Positions 27,166 through 40,499 of a stretch of DNA of 64,000 bases are shown here, piece after piece. The stretch lies in NCBI RefSeq assembly GCF_009914755.1, contig NC_060926.1. One strand, 5' to 3'. The stretch comes from the human T2T-CHM13v2.0 reference genome, Homo sapiens. The notes beneath the pieces were generated by a model. The model was not told the DNA's origin. It saw only the letters and a program-made list of their open reading frames with translations, and did not search any database. A program made the position numbers and the translations under genes. Position 1 is the first letter of the stretch; each line of letters begins with the position of its first letter.

Positions 27166-28152
27166 TTTTATTTGTGGGGACCAAATCTCCCCAGATGCAA
27201 TGGCATGCCACCAATCCCATTCCCTTCCAGGGTGTTTATGAATTGATGTGGAAAGTGGGAGTGAAGAACAGTATACCTCAAAAAGTACTTCTTTTGTCAT
27301 CCATTTTTTTTCTTGATTGTTCTAAACCCTGGACCAATCAGCAGGGCTCATGGAGAAATACTTGGCTTTTTACCTTCTTTCAGCTTAGCTGTCCTGTTAT
27401 ATTTCAGGAGGCAATTATTAGCTAACTTAAAAATTGTTTTTCCTCAATCTGCTTTTATTTCCTTGTGGAAATGGATACAAATTTTTATAGGTTTTAGCAA
27501 TAGATTATCTGTCAGTTTTAGTTTTAGCATGAGGTAATGTGAGGTTTGCCTTTTACCAGTATTTCATAAACATTTAGTGGGCGAGTGGGAGAAATTGAAT
27601 CAGTGGCTGCCAATTGCATGCCATTTTATTATAGGATTTTCTCCCTTTGTGTTTTTTATACCTCTTTCTCTCATGATGGTACTTTCTATTATCTCAGAAA
27701 ACCATTAGGGTCATTGACAATTTAGTGTTTGAAGTTGCTGAGCTGAGAGGGACATTAACGTCAAGTCATAATGAGAATCTACCTACCCATTTATCAAGTA
27801 GGTTTTTCCTCTTTGTAGACCCTTTGGGCTTTGGCGGTTGAGACTAGAAGGATTAAGTTAGAATACAGAGGATAATTTATTGCTATGAAAATTTTCCAAC
27901 TCTGCTCAACTTGGGTTCAGATTAATAATCAACTCATGAGACACAAAAGACTTCACTTAACTCCAAATTTACTTTGTTTTTAGAAAGAATCAAAAAGTAA
28001 CAGCACAGTATGTAAAGTAACAGTGTAGTAGAGGTCTCGCAACTCCTAGGCACAGCTTCCAATGTCCAAATCCCACACACTTGGGAAATGTATGGTCATA
28101 ATGACAGATGAAGCTGAGTAGACACAGCATCTCTAAGCTCAAGGAAGCCATA

Positions 28153-28803
<651 letters not shown>

Positions 28804-28975
28804 CCATCAGTTCTGGCATATCTTCACCTTTCATACCTCGCTAGCTGTGCAGCTGCATCTCATCAATACTGGTTACTCGCTACTTGATAGACAATGTTAA
28901 CAGTAAGGTACAGGTGCTAGGTTTCATAGACAATAGAACTTGCATTTATTTTAGATCTGGCATAGGGAAACTTTT

Positions 28976-29034
28976 TTCTGATGAAAAATATATTTTTATT
29001 TATAATGCTTTAACATGTAGGGAATTGGATAAGA
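28976..29034 (-). other. Putative L1 3'-transduced unique segment with poly(A) signal
   Basis: Lies inside the outer TSD; AATAAA on the minus strand at 29000-28995, 17 nt before a short A-tail. Confidence 0.7.
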
Positions 29035-29309
29035 TTTTTTTTGTTGTTTTCTTTTTAATTTTACTTTAAGTTCTGGGATACATGTGCAGAACGTGCAGGT
29101 TTGTTACATAGGTACACATGTGCCATGGTGATTTGCTGCACCTATCAACCGTCATCTAGGTTTTAAATCCCGCATGCATTAGGTATTTGTCCTAATGCTC
29201 TCCACACCGTCTTCCACAATAGTTGAACTAATTTACATTCCCACCAACAGTGTAAAAACGTTCCTATTTCTCCACACCCTTACCAGCATCTATTGTTTCC
29301 TGACTTTTT
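29035..29309 (-). mobile_element. L1PA8-like 3' fragment with an internal deletion of about 430 bp
   Basis: catctaggttttaaatcccgcatgcattagg (PA8-type); junction ctaatgctctcc|acaccgtcttcc near 29203. Confidence 0.85.
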
Positions 29310-29315
29310 CTTAGA

Positions 29316-30258
29316 TTTTTTTTTAATTACACTTTAAGTTCTGGGATACATGTGCAGAACATGCAGGTTTGTTACATAGGTATACACATGCCATGGTGGT
29401 TTGCTGCACCCATCAACCCATCATCTACCTTAGGTATTTCTCCTAATGCTATCTCTCCCCTAGCCACCCCCACCCCCGACAGGCCTCAGTGTGTGATGTT
29501 CCCCTCCCTGTGTCCATGTGTTCTCATTGTTCAGCTCCCACTTATGAGTGAGAACATGCAGTGTTTGGTTTTCTGTTCTTGTGATAGTTTGCTGAGAATG
29601 ATGGTTTCCAGCTTCATCCATACCCTTGCAAAGGACATGAACTCATCGTTTTTTATGACTGCATAGTATTCCATGGTGTATATGTGCCACATTTTCTTTA
29701 TCCAGCCCATCATTAATGGACATTTGGGTTGGTTCCAAGTCTTTGCTATTGTGAAGAGTGCTGCAATAAACATATGTGTGCATGTGTCTTCATAGTAGAA
29801 TGATTTATAATCCTTTGGGTATATACTCAGTAATGGGATGGCTGGGTCAAATGGTATTTCTAGCTCTAGATCCTTGAGGAATCATCACACTGTCTTCCAC
29901 AGTGGTTGAACTAATTTACACTACCACCAACACTGTAAAAGTGTTCCTATTTCTCCACATCCTCTCCAGCATCTGTTGTTTCCTGACTTTTTAATGATTG
30001 CCATTCTAACTGGTATGAGATAGTAGCTCATCATGGTTTTGATTTGCATTTCTCTAATGGCCAGTGATGATGAGCTTTTTCCTGTTTGTTGGCTGCATAA
30101 ATGTCTTCTTTTGAGAAGTGTCTGTTCATATCCTTTGCCCACTTTTTGATGGGGTTGTTTTTTTCTTGTAAATTTGTTTAAGTTCCTTGTAGATTCTGGA
30201 TATTAGCCCCTTGTCAGATGGATAGAGTGCAAAAATTTTCTCACATTCTGTAGGTTTT
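29316..30258 (-). mobile_element. 5'-truncated L1PA7-like element
   Basis: 3'UTR and ORF2 C-terminus (ORFs 29531-29773 and 29921-30142); outer TSD catagggaaactttt at 28961-28975 and 30259-30273. Confidence 0.92.
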
Positions 30259-31599
30259 CATAGGGAAACTTTTAACAGTTCCTTGAGTTGTGTTGTAAGC
30301 AGCATAAGAACAAGGGCCAAACCCTCAGGCATCCTGAGGCAAAAGAAGCAGATTTTAACCCTTTCTTTCATCCTGCAAAGCCAACTATAAAAATGAACTA
30401 AAAAAAGGAATAAGTTCATTTAATTTACAAGGAGCACTTTTAATTTTTCAAAAGACAGGTGACCTTTTTTAAAAACAGGAGGAAAGGGGAATTTCAATTC
30501 CTGAAATTTCATTTTCTTTTCTGTAAAAGCAAATAAGTATTTCTCTCTAACTCAAAACACTGTTGCATTTTACCTACTGTTCTATCCAGTGAACTTACAG
30601 AAATGTAATAATTTGAATAATGTTTGGGGGATCTAATTGATCCAGGAAACCTATCAAAAATCAGATACATACATTCATTGATAACTCATTTCTGCTATTT
30701 CATTGATACTATACAAAGGAAGATATTGCCCATGATATGGATTCTTTTATTTCCATATGCATGTAATGTGGGTATGTGCAATGTACATTATGTTGTACAA
30801 TCTATAAAGTATGTAATAGCTTTATTTTATATTAATTAAAAATGTATGCACATATATAAATAAACAAATCTATAACCTAAATTTAAAAAATCATTGGTAA
30901 AACTTTATTATGCCCTTTAAAATCCTTAGTATTTTGACACATTTCATTGCTAAAATAAAACTGTTTTAATTTAAGCTAAGAAAACTAATTGGTATCAGAT
31001 ACTAAAAGTTCTTGTAAGTTGCTGAAAGTGTTAGTTCTGGGAATAGCATTTTTACATTTTTTGTATTGATTTGCCTTTGAGACAAACTGCAACAAGAAAG
31101 CAGGTGATAAGCCTTTGTTAATGCCTCTGAGAGAAAATGCTGTAGCTACAGACTACTGTTGATAAACAGATTTTGAATTAATTAGTTCTACATAATTATG
31201 TGAGCCATCAAGTCTTTGAAACCAAATGTACTTGGTCTTATATTGCTTTATATATAAAGAAGAAAAGGAAAAATTTTGTTTTAAAATTTACCTCTTCCAG
31301 GGTATAATTTTTTACAGGTTTAATTTTTTAAAGCAATGATTGAAAGATTTAAACGGCATATGTTCAAGTCATATTAAATATTTATTCTTAGATTTATAAA
31401 ATGAGATAAGAAGAGGTTTGCTTTTTATAAATTGTTACCATTAGTGACAGAACTGGGACTCAGAGCATGTGACTATTCCTGCCTCATACTTCATGAAAGT
31501 CATATTTTGTTGCCAGAAGATGCCAATGTGAACATCTTCAAAAAAAAATAGCCTGATGCTAAAAGGTCAGGCTTTCAATAAGATACTTTTAATAGTTTT

Positions 31600-32450
31600 G
31601 CCCAAACATTTACAATAGCAACAACAAAAAAAAATTTAAAGAAAAGCAGAGAAAAAAATCTTAAAAAGAAATTGGGAAAAACTAAAAATATTTTTGAGCG
31701 ACATAAAAGAAGCCTTAATAAATGGAGTGATATATAAATAAACATAAGAAGATTCAATATTATACAATTGTGAATTATTACCAAGTCAATATATATGTTT
31801 AATACAATTGAATCAAAAGCTCAATTAGTTTTTTTGGCGTTTGGGACAATTTTTAAAGAAATTATCTAGGGAAAAAACATGAGGACAAGAAAATTATTCA
31901 AAAGAAAATTTATGTGGAACAACTTGCTGTATTAGAAATTGACATATTATAAAGCTATTATAGTTTTCAAAAAGTGATACCAATGTAAGAATAGGCAGAA
32001 AGATGAAACAGAATAGATAGCCCAAAGACCAGCGTAAATTAAAATTTACCCTAAGGATACAATCCAAGTTTTGTACCCAGAAATATTCTTCTTAATATTG
32101 CCTTATGATAAAAATGTTAAGAAACTCCTAAAAGAGTCAACCAAGGTGAGTGGTTAAACGATGACACATCTATGTAGGGGATGGAATATTATACAACTAT
32201 TTAAAAGCACAGTTTGGAAAAATAATTGCATGGAAATATGTTTATGAAAAAATATTAAGTGGAAAACACATGAGTCAAAGCTATGCATATACTTACATAT
32301 TTTTATAATGTGTATCTTTATATTTTTATTTTTAAAAGATTGAAAGGAAATACATCAAAGTATTAAAATTAGTTATCAGTGTATAATAAAACTATGCATT
32401 ACTTTTTACATTTTTTACATTTGTTTGTATTTTCTAATTTTTTTATAATT
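31600..32450 (+). mobile_element. Old L1M ORF2/3' fragments
   Basis: taataaatggagtgatata...agaagattcaatattata...tattataaagctattatag...gaaacagaatagatagccca. Confidence 0.6.
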
Positions 32451-32487
32451 GTTAGCATCTGAGAGACTTTATGTCTACCCATACCTC

Positions 32488-32634
32488 AATAATTTTTTTT
32501 AAAAAATAATTTAAAAAATTATTTTTAAAAAATTATTTTTTAAAAAAATTATTTTAAAAAAATTAATTATTTTTTTAAAAAATTATTTTAAAAAAATTAA
32601 TTATTTTTTTAAAAAATATTTTAAAAAATTTAAA
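32488..32634. repeat. 147-bp A/T-only palindromic repeat of TnAn units
   Basis: No G or C; includes an exact 34-bp tandem duplication at 32547-32580 and 32581-32614. Confidence 0.95.
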
Positions 32635-32994
32635 GCTGGTTTTTTTTTTCGTAGTTAATTTATGGGTTATCTAACTTTGTTGATACTGACTTCAGCAACT
32701 TAAAATGCAGTGAGGTTTCTCTGTTGCCTCAAATTCCAAAATATCAAATGTCATTTTTCTTTGGGTACTGTATAAGCCACCAAACAACCCAACGAGAGCA
32801 TATAAATAAGTTATATATGAATGTAAGGCAAGAATAACTTGCTGTTCCAAGTTATTGGAACCTCAATTGTTCAGGTCTGTTGTACAATTATATTATGCCT
32901 AGTGTTATACTTCCCAGTGGAAGAAAGCCTACTTTCTTATACCAGGAGAATAATTATCAGTAGAACAAGGCCTATTTCTAATATATATTTTTAT

Positions 32995-33575
32995 CATTTT
33001 ATAGGTATTTGGCTACAATTAACGGAGATCCCCAACTCAAATTTACTTCAACAATGGGAAAATTGATTATCCTACATAAGAAGTCTGGAGCTTGGGTGGG
33101 CTCCAAGAAGTATAATCAATGTTTATGCCGAAAGGGGCCCAAGTCCTTTCTACCTCTCCATTCAGCCATTGTTCATGTGTTGGCTTTATTCCCAGGCTGG
33201 TTCCCTTCATGGGAACAAAAATTCTATAGTGGTTTTTGTCATAAAAATGCCAAGAGAAAACAAACCGTCTCTTCCTGTGTCTCTTTCTTAGAAGCAAGGA
33301 AACCTTTCACAGAAACCCCCATCAGACTACTCCTCAAACCTCCTTGGCCAGAGCTGAGTCATGTGACCCTTCTTAAACCAACTGCAGGCAAGGGGGAGGA
33401 GATTAACATAATTGTCATAGACAAATCAGCCTTGTGGTCAGCTTCCCCTGAAACACTTGGAGGATGGATATATGCACACAATCTGGTTCTGCTGTGAAAA
33501 AGGACTGGCAGGCTGGGGTGGGGTGGGGCAATACATATGGCGTGAATGTTGGGTAAGCAATCCTTTCTGTTCCAG
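32995..33575 (-). mobile_element. Old MaLR LTR (MLT1K/L-like)
   Basis: ccttggccagagctgagtcatgtgacccttcttaaaccaactgcaggcaagggg; aggaaacctttcacagaaaccccca. Confidence 0.65.
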
Positions 33576-33629
33576 TCCTCCATGTTGTTAATGATATGGA
33601 AAGAGGAAAGATTCTTTTTAAAGTAGTAA

Positions 33630-34270
33630 CACACTGTGATAGATGCTAATGATATCAGAGTGGACAGAACTAAATCTCTGTCCTCCAGGAGCTAACAGTT
33701 TTAAGAGAGAAGATACACAAGTAAACATGCAACTACAACATAAAATGTTACATCCTGGTCCCAGGGAAGTTCCTTGAATGGGGCACTTAATTGGCCTTGA
33801 TTCCCAAAGGAGGCAACATACAACTGGGGCCCAGAAAGATGAGGAGTCAGCAATTGAGAGGCGAGCATATCTGGAGAACCAGCAAGCTTTCAGTCTGGAG
33901 GTGAAAACAGGATAGAGATCATATAGGGCCCTGAAGGCCATGCCAAGGAGCTTATATTATCCCGAAGGCAATGGGACTCCAATAAAGGTTTATAAACAAG
34001 GAAGTAACATAATCTGATTTCCTTTTTAGAGCATTTCTTCTATCTTCAGAGTGGAGAATGGATTGGAGGGGTTCAAGCCTAGATTTAGAGAGAAGACTTA
34101 GATGTTTTCACAGTAATCCAGGCTAAAAATACACAAATTAGAAGATGATTCAAAGTTCATGACTTAGGCAACTAAATGGATACTGGTACTATACACAAAG
34201 TTTAGTTTGGGACATTGTGAGTTTGAATTGCTTATGGGATACCTAAGTGGAAATATGCAGTAAATAGAAC
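33630..34270 (-). mobile_element. L2 fragment
   Basis: agatcatatagggccctgaaggccatgccaaggagctt...ggcaatgggactccaataaaggtttataaacaagg. Confidence 0.75.
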
Positions 34271-34579
34271 TCTTTGATTAGGCTTCTTATGATTATAACA
34301 ATTATTAAATTGCTGCTAAATAGCCTCCAGAAAATCTCAGCAAATAATATTAGTCATTGCCAGATTATCCAAGCAGTTTTTTCTTTCTAGCTGACATGAT
34401 TTGAGTGATACGATGAGAAAAATCATAGCAAATGTTTTACATGCTGACAAGTTAAACTAATAGATATTTTTAGATGTTGTGTAAGAAAAGAGCTCTTGGT
34501 TAAAACTGATGCTGACATTTAAAGGCTCTCCATAAACTTCAGAAATGTGTAGCCTTAGACACAAAGCCTAGTAGTTTAG

Positions 34580-34870
34580 AAGTAATGCTTAGCATCTAAC
34601 CCATGCTTTTTCAACTTTGCTTTCTGTCATGAATTGCCATTTATTATGACCATCTTTCAATATCTTTAAATAGGCTTCAAGAACATGGTTTTTAATGGCT
34701 GAATTATTTTCTTTCATATTGTATAACGGAAATGGTATTTTACCAAGCAACCTTCCTTTCTGTGACAGTTCAGGCAATTTCTAATTTTTTATAATATAAA
34801 TAAATGCTGATTGAACATCACTAAACATAAATACTATACAAACATGTTTTCTTTAATATTTTCATTTTTC
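34580..34870 (-). mobile_element. Old L1ME fragment
   Basis: gtttttaatggctgaattattttc...ttataatataaataaatgctgattgaacatc. Confidence 0.5.
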
Positions 34871-35294
34871 CCAATCAGCTTTGTTAAACTGTGGGATTGA
34901 CTAAGAGGTTCTTTCTCTTATTCTGAAACTGCAACCATCTCAGAGGAAACAGCCTTGGATTTGGTACTAGAGAACCAGGTTCTAGTCTTAGCTTTTTTTT
35001 AAAAAAAAAAAAAAAAAGAAAAAAAACTCACGGTATTGATTATGGCCAATTTAACTTCCCTAGCCCTTGGTTTTCTCTGTCCAAATAACAAGGTTTTACT
35101 AAATAGATCTCTATAGGCCCATTTACTAAGTAGAACAGCAACAACAAACATTTTGCAAACAGTCTAATGATCTCAGTAAATAAGGTTGTAAAATCTGATC
35201 TCAGAATATGTCTTGGTGGTCTTCTCAAAGCTTGCTTTCTTTGACAAGCTAGCATCCTTCCCATCCATGTAGATAGATTCTGAGGCTTAGACAG

Positions 35295-35352
35295 GGTGGA
35301 CCCTGGAGGTAGTAGGGTGGTGAGGTGGACCCTGGAGGTAGTGGGGTGGTGA
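35295..35352 (+). repeat. 29-bp G-rich tandem duplication (2 copies)
   Basis: ggtggaccctggaggtagt(a/g)gggtggtga twice, one mismatch. Confidence 0.93.
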
Positions 35353-36270
35353 GCTACCTAGGTGATCAGGTATAAATAGACCCCTAATTCTCTACCTCCA
35401 CCTCATTTATTCCACCATTATAGCTTTATTGCTTACATCTTGACTTGCTAATAATTCCAGAAGAAAAATCATAATCACAGCCTTCAAGACGTTAGTCCTC
35501 TAGTTGGAGTAGGAATCCTGGGTCCACATATACTACTCTGGATATAAAAAGGCAAGAACCCCTTGGAAATTGTCACAAGACAAGGTCTGTCAAGATGCAA
35601 GAAAATTAGATGGTACAACCATAAGTCACTTGACTTCATTTATTCCCCCTTTCCTTCACCATCACTCAGGGGCAATCAAAAGTGAGTTTTAGCCATTTTT
35701 CTTAATGCCAAATTTTCAAAACCTTTCGTTAATCCCCCATTTAAATCATAAGAGGCAATATATCTGTTGAGCAAAATACCTCAGCTATGTTTGATTGACA
35801 AATTTTGTATAAGACATCTTTTTCATCTGGAAAAAGCAAAGCAAAGTATTAATAACACACACACAAATGATTCAATGAAGTCCAAAATTATCTTACAGAT
35901 AATAGGGTGCCATAGGTATCTTCGATTCCTAAGGACCTTTGCTTTGCCCACTATTTACTTATTATAAGCCAGCAGATTTGCAATCACCAAGTATCTTGTG
36001 ACTCTCATGACAGAACACAGCACTGCAGCAAGGATTTGAGGTGAAGGGCAGGCAAGCGCCATCATGCTGAGGCTAGCCAGGGTAGGTCCCAGGGGAACCT
36101 CACCCTGGGATATTACTACATCTCAAATGTATACTACTCAACTCTTAAACCTTGAAAGGTTGTTGAAATATTTGAAATATTAGTGCAAGGTTAAAACCAA
36201 GTATTTTTACTATTTTAGAGAAGGTGAATTGCAACATATTTACCCAAACAGACTCAATTTAGGTCATACG

Positions 36271-36448
36271 CAGTGGTTCACAGCCTTGGCTGTCCATTAG
36301 AATCACCTGGAGAGCTTTTAAAACTCCCAAAGCCTACGCAGCATTCCTAACCAATTAAATCAGTATTTCTAAGCATAGGAACCAGGCATCAGTATTTTTT
36401 AACGCTCCCCAGGAGATTCCAATATATAGCCAAGACTGAGATTCACCG
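36271..36448. mobile_element. MER5B (hAT-Charlie MITE)
   Basis: cagtggttc...cattagaatcacctggagagcttttaaaa...ctccccaggagattccaat...gagattcaccg. Confidence 0.8.
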
Positions 36449-36480
36449 ATGTAAGATTTAACTCAGGTAATATACCTTTG

Positions 36481-36540
36481 GGCTTATTGTGCTTATTTGA
36501 CCAACACTGGGGCTCATTGTGTTTATCTGACCAATATAGA
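36481..36540 (+). repeat. 30-bp diverged tandem duplication
   Basis: ggcttattgtgcttatttgaccaa / ggctcattgtgtttatctgaccaa. Confidence 0.8.
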
Positions 36541-37800
36541 GCCAGAACTTATAGAAACCATTGACGAAATGACTCCCCCCAGAGACACCTAACTCTTTTG
36601 GCTCTCACTTTCTTCCTAGGCTATCAGGCATGGTGTTTGTCATATCCCAACCTGAATCCGCAACTCCCTGCTTGACAGTCCTGAGGCTACCCCAAGGGTT
36701 CTGATGCACCTCATAACATCTCTTGTTTTTTCTCAGTCTACTGTCAAACCACTTAGCTCAGAATTCCCAGAGGCCCCAAAACTCTCACTTCCCTCTGAAA
36801 CACTAAAGTCAGCTAAGGTTGATGCATGTACGTTGATGTGAATCTTCTGAGTAGTTTTGGTTTTACAAGGCATTTAGGAAAGTCTAGGGCCTGGCAGCAT
36901 CAAGGCATGGCTATGAGGTGGGGGGAATGGGAAGAATCTCTAGAACTCCCTCAGTTTTTAGCTCCTCTCCTTCCCCTATTCTTTAATATGTATAATTAAC
37001 ACTTTCTGTTTTATATATCTTACACAAGGTGCCATAAAAACAGTTTCAAAATGCTAAAATGATTTCCTGGGCAAAAAGGCAAGCACCCACTCTAACCTCC
37101 CCACTTAGTCACCTACACCTTTCTCCTTGGGTGTAGATAGGTGTCACAATTGAAAAATAACACACTTGAATTGTCTTGTTAGGATTTTTTTCATGACCAA
37201 TTTATAAACATTCAGTATGATTTCGGCACAACTGGCCTCCCAAATTCAAAGCCAGAATTTCTTAAATGTTGCGGGTTGTTTTTAAAGTTAGAATGACTAC
37301 AGCTACACCTACATATTTAGGAAGAAGATAAATGTTATTTGTGTGCTGCAATTGTGATAAGCATATTGAATACAATGATTGTCAAGCAAAATTTCCATGT
37401 GCAATTTCAGACAACAGACTCCAAAATGTGACCATATATAATCACCCCTTTTCTACTACATTATGACAAAACAGGTAGTTGAAAATCATGTTTTATTCCT
37501 ATCTCAGACAATAGGAATCTTAGTAAAAAAATCTATTTTGTTTAAAGAACAACTTCAGTTTTCTCAGAGAGTCACTGAACCCAGATTGGTAATTCAAACT
37601 CAGCAGCTTTCTATTTCTGTCTGGTCTTTCATTCTCTAGCTTTGTTTACAGGCTAAAGTTGCTGCAATTGGGTCTTCTCACTTCATCCCTTAGTTCTGTA
37701 TACTGTATATATCCTGAATCATCTAGCAATATAAGACCACATTGGTCCAGTTCCTGACAATTTACCTATTATGCCTGTGTGCTGAATTTTATTATCTTAG

Positions 37801-37954
37801 GGAATCCATGAGCTTCCATGATTATGACTTGATAAAATTACAGCTCAGTTCAGATCTCAACAACATGGAAAGAGGTTTGCAGGGTTTGTTTACAAGTGAG
37901 GATGCCATATGCTCCTCTAAGAAAAAATATGCTAATTACCAAGGAAGAAATGAG
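37801..37954 (+). other. Candidate exon-like unit (154 nt, one open frame)
   Basis: CTGAC branch-like motif near 37754, AG-free tract, tcttAG acceptor; donor GAG|GTAAGA. Confidence 0.3.
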
Positions 37955-38450
37955 GTAAGAACATGTGCAATTGCTGCAGACCTACTAAGTAAACAAGCAA
38001 GATACTTTCTGTGCAATGGAAATAAATGTGGTGAATCCATCCCCTGTGTTTTTATGTTCAGCTGACTCTACACAGAAAATGTTGAAGAGCAAGAAAAGGC
38101 ATTTTCTCATAGTTATGTATTATATGTGTAGATTGACATATTTCATATTTGAGGTTCAAACTGGCCCAAAGCCTTATGTGGGTCCTTGTTTATTTATAAG
38201 GTTATAAAGCAAGATATTAAATGTTTAAAGCTGTATACAATAACAACCTGAACTGAGTAATTACAACTACCCAAAGTAGGTTTTTTTCTGCTTTACTTTA
38301 TGGTTCTTGAACTTGCTGCTCTTCTCCCAGGTTTCATCTTCACACCAGCACTTGTTGCTGGGGGGAAATGTTAAGTTCATTCAATCATTTGTCTTCAAAA
38401 TAACTGCAGGTGTTTGAACTCAGCTCTTGAGGGTTTTTTCTTCCCTCTAG

Positions 38451-38554
38451 CTGGTGTGTGAATATAGATAAAGCTTTAAGGAAAGAGAAAAAAATAAAAA
38501 AGAAACTATACAGCTTTTTCACCCAACAACACATTGCCAGGAAATGCTGGCTCG
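38451..38554 (+). other. Candidate exon-like unit (104 nt)
   Basis: ttttttcttccctctAG acceptor; donor TCG|GTGAGT. Confidence 0.3.
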
Positions 38555-39034
38555 GTGAGTGGTGCCTCTAAGCAGAGCTTGCATACCAAGACAGCTTCCT
38601 CCACACCAAACACGCTACCCGCGGATCCCCGCTTTTCAAACACAGGCATCCACATGGAACTTCCTCAAGAAGAGAACTCAGGCAGGATGTCTAATTACCC
38701 ATTTATAAATTGATATCCCCACAAGTTAGGATCTGTACTGGCAATCTATAACAAGGGCCAGCCACAGCAACATTGTAAAGTAGGCAAGTCAATTTTGCCT
38801 CTGTTTTCTTGACAGAACTAAAATAAGGAAGAGATAGGCTAGCCTTTAGCAAATGGCCCTTTGATGAGGTCAAAACGTTTGGGAGCCAACTCCACCTCTA
38901 GTCATTTTAGTCCAACATTACAAGAACTCCAAAGGGGCAAACACTTGACATTTAGCCATGGGGTACCCCAGGAGACAGAGAGCTCTCCCAATCACCTTAG
39001 ATCTCCATAATTTATCTACCAAGGACTCAGGAAG

Positions 39035-39135
39035 ATGTACAACTTTGGAACCACATAGTTCAAATCCTATTAGTTACATAGCACATATAAGTCCCAGCCT
39101 CAGTTTCTTTGTCTTTAAAATGGAGATGATCATTT
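39035..39135 (+). mobile_element. MIR fragment
   Basis: gttcaaatcc...cagcctcagtttctttgtctttaaaatggagatgat. Confidence 0.55.
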
Positions 39136-39864
39136 TCCAACAGCAGCATAATTATTTGGGGGATATTTTCTTATCATTTATTTACCTCTGCCCAGAGAGA
39201 GGACATAACACTCACTAAGCTCTCTCCTTCCCAGATGGTGAGTGTTGGAAAGAACAAATACTGTCATTATGTTGGCAAATTCAACATGAGCATACGGGGT
39301 CTCCGGCACTAAAAATTTTGGTGGGCTCAGTGACACAGTAAAAACAAACAAACAAACAAACAAAAAACACAGAAGTAGATAACTGTGGCAGAACAAGACT
39401 CAGTTTTCTATGACAATAGAGTGAAGCCTTAAAGGCTGCCATAAGGCCATCCCTCAATGCTATCTGACGTTAGGACAGATAATTCACAGCTCTGGGCTAC
39501 TTTGACCTTGTGGGGTCCTTACTCTGCCCAGACGGTGACACCCCCAAGCTTCAGGCACACCTCTATTCTCTGGTTAGATAGTAAAACAAAGCAAAAGTGA
39601 CCTTAAACAAGTTCAACTTATCATTCATGACAAGCCTCAAATCTGCCTGGATTTTGTGGTCGGATTGACAAGAAATTATACATCACTTTTGAGGCATTAG
39701 GTATTCAAACAAAAAAGAAATGTGGAACCAAGGTGTCACTCTCCATGAAACTCTCCATCCTGGTGACTAAGAGAGTGGCTCTATAATTGTCCCTTCTACA
39801 TATGAAAAATGTGGCAGAAATGAAGAGGTCCAAAAGAGGCTGGATATTCACGAGACTGTAAGTT

Positions 39865-39975
39865 GTGCTTACTTGTGCTATTTACCACTGTATTTCCTGT
39901 GCATACCACAGTGCCTGGCACATAGTAGATGTTCAATAAGTATTGTTGAATGAACTAATTAACTAATGATTAAAT
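39865..39975 (+). mobile_element. L2 3' end
   Basis: acagtgcctggcacatagtagatgttcaataagtattgttgaatgaa. Confidence 0.75.
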
Positions 39976-39991
39976 GCACAAGCTGTCATAG

Positions 39992-40339
39992 TGTCATAGT
40001 CTGTTCAGGATGCTGTAACAAAATACTAGGTGGCTTATAAACAACAAATATTTATTCCTCCCAGTCCTGGAGGATGGAAGCCCAAGATTAAGGCACCAAC
40101 AGGTTCAGTGTCTGGTGAGGGCTGTTCCTCAAAGATGGCACCTTCTTGATTCATCCTCACATGGAGGAAGAGCAAGGCAATTCTCTGGGGCCCCTTTTAT
40201 AAGGCCACTAATCCTATTATGAGGGCTGTATCCTTAGGACCTGATCACTTCCCAAAGGTCCCACCTCTTAATATTGTCACTTGGGGATTAGGTTTCAATG
40301 TATAAATTTTGAAGGGACATAAACATTCAGACCATAGCA
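39992..40339 (-). mobile_element. MLT1A0-like MaLR solo LTR
   Basis: tgtcatagtctgttcaggatgctgtaacaaaatac...ggttcagtgtctggtgagggc...aaacattcagaccatagca. Confidence 0.88.
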
Positions 40340-40499
40340 CATGAGTTTCTCTCTTCTAATCTGGAGGAGTGGTGGTGGAGTGGGATACTAGTAGCATTGA
40401 AACAAGAGTCTAAGGAAAGGATGCTGGACATCCTGGTTCCACATTTCTTTTTCCAGTTTGAATACCTAATGCCTCAAAAATGAGGTATAGTTTTTTTGT

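Noticed and set aside
29195-29215. The ~430-bp internal L1 deletion as a spliced-out intron
   Set aside because: No register of the junction gives GT-AG or GC-AG ends; a 2-nt cc microhomology fits a deletion or template jump better.
33009-33497. 162-aa ORF
   Set aside because: It lies within an old MaLR LTR, begins at a non-ATG codon and resembles no protein I recognise.
35295-36540. 29-bp and 30-bp repeats as CRISPR-like arrays
   Set aside because: Only two head-to-tail copies each, no spacers, no cas genes, and the context is primate DNA.
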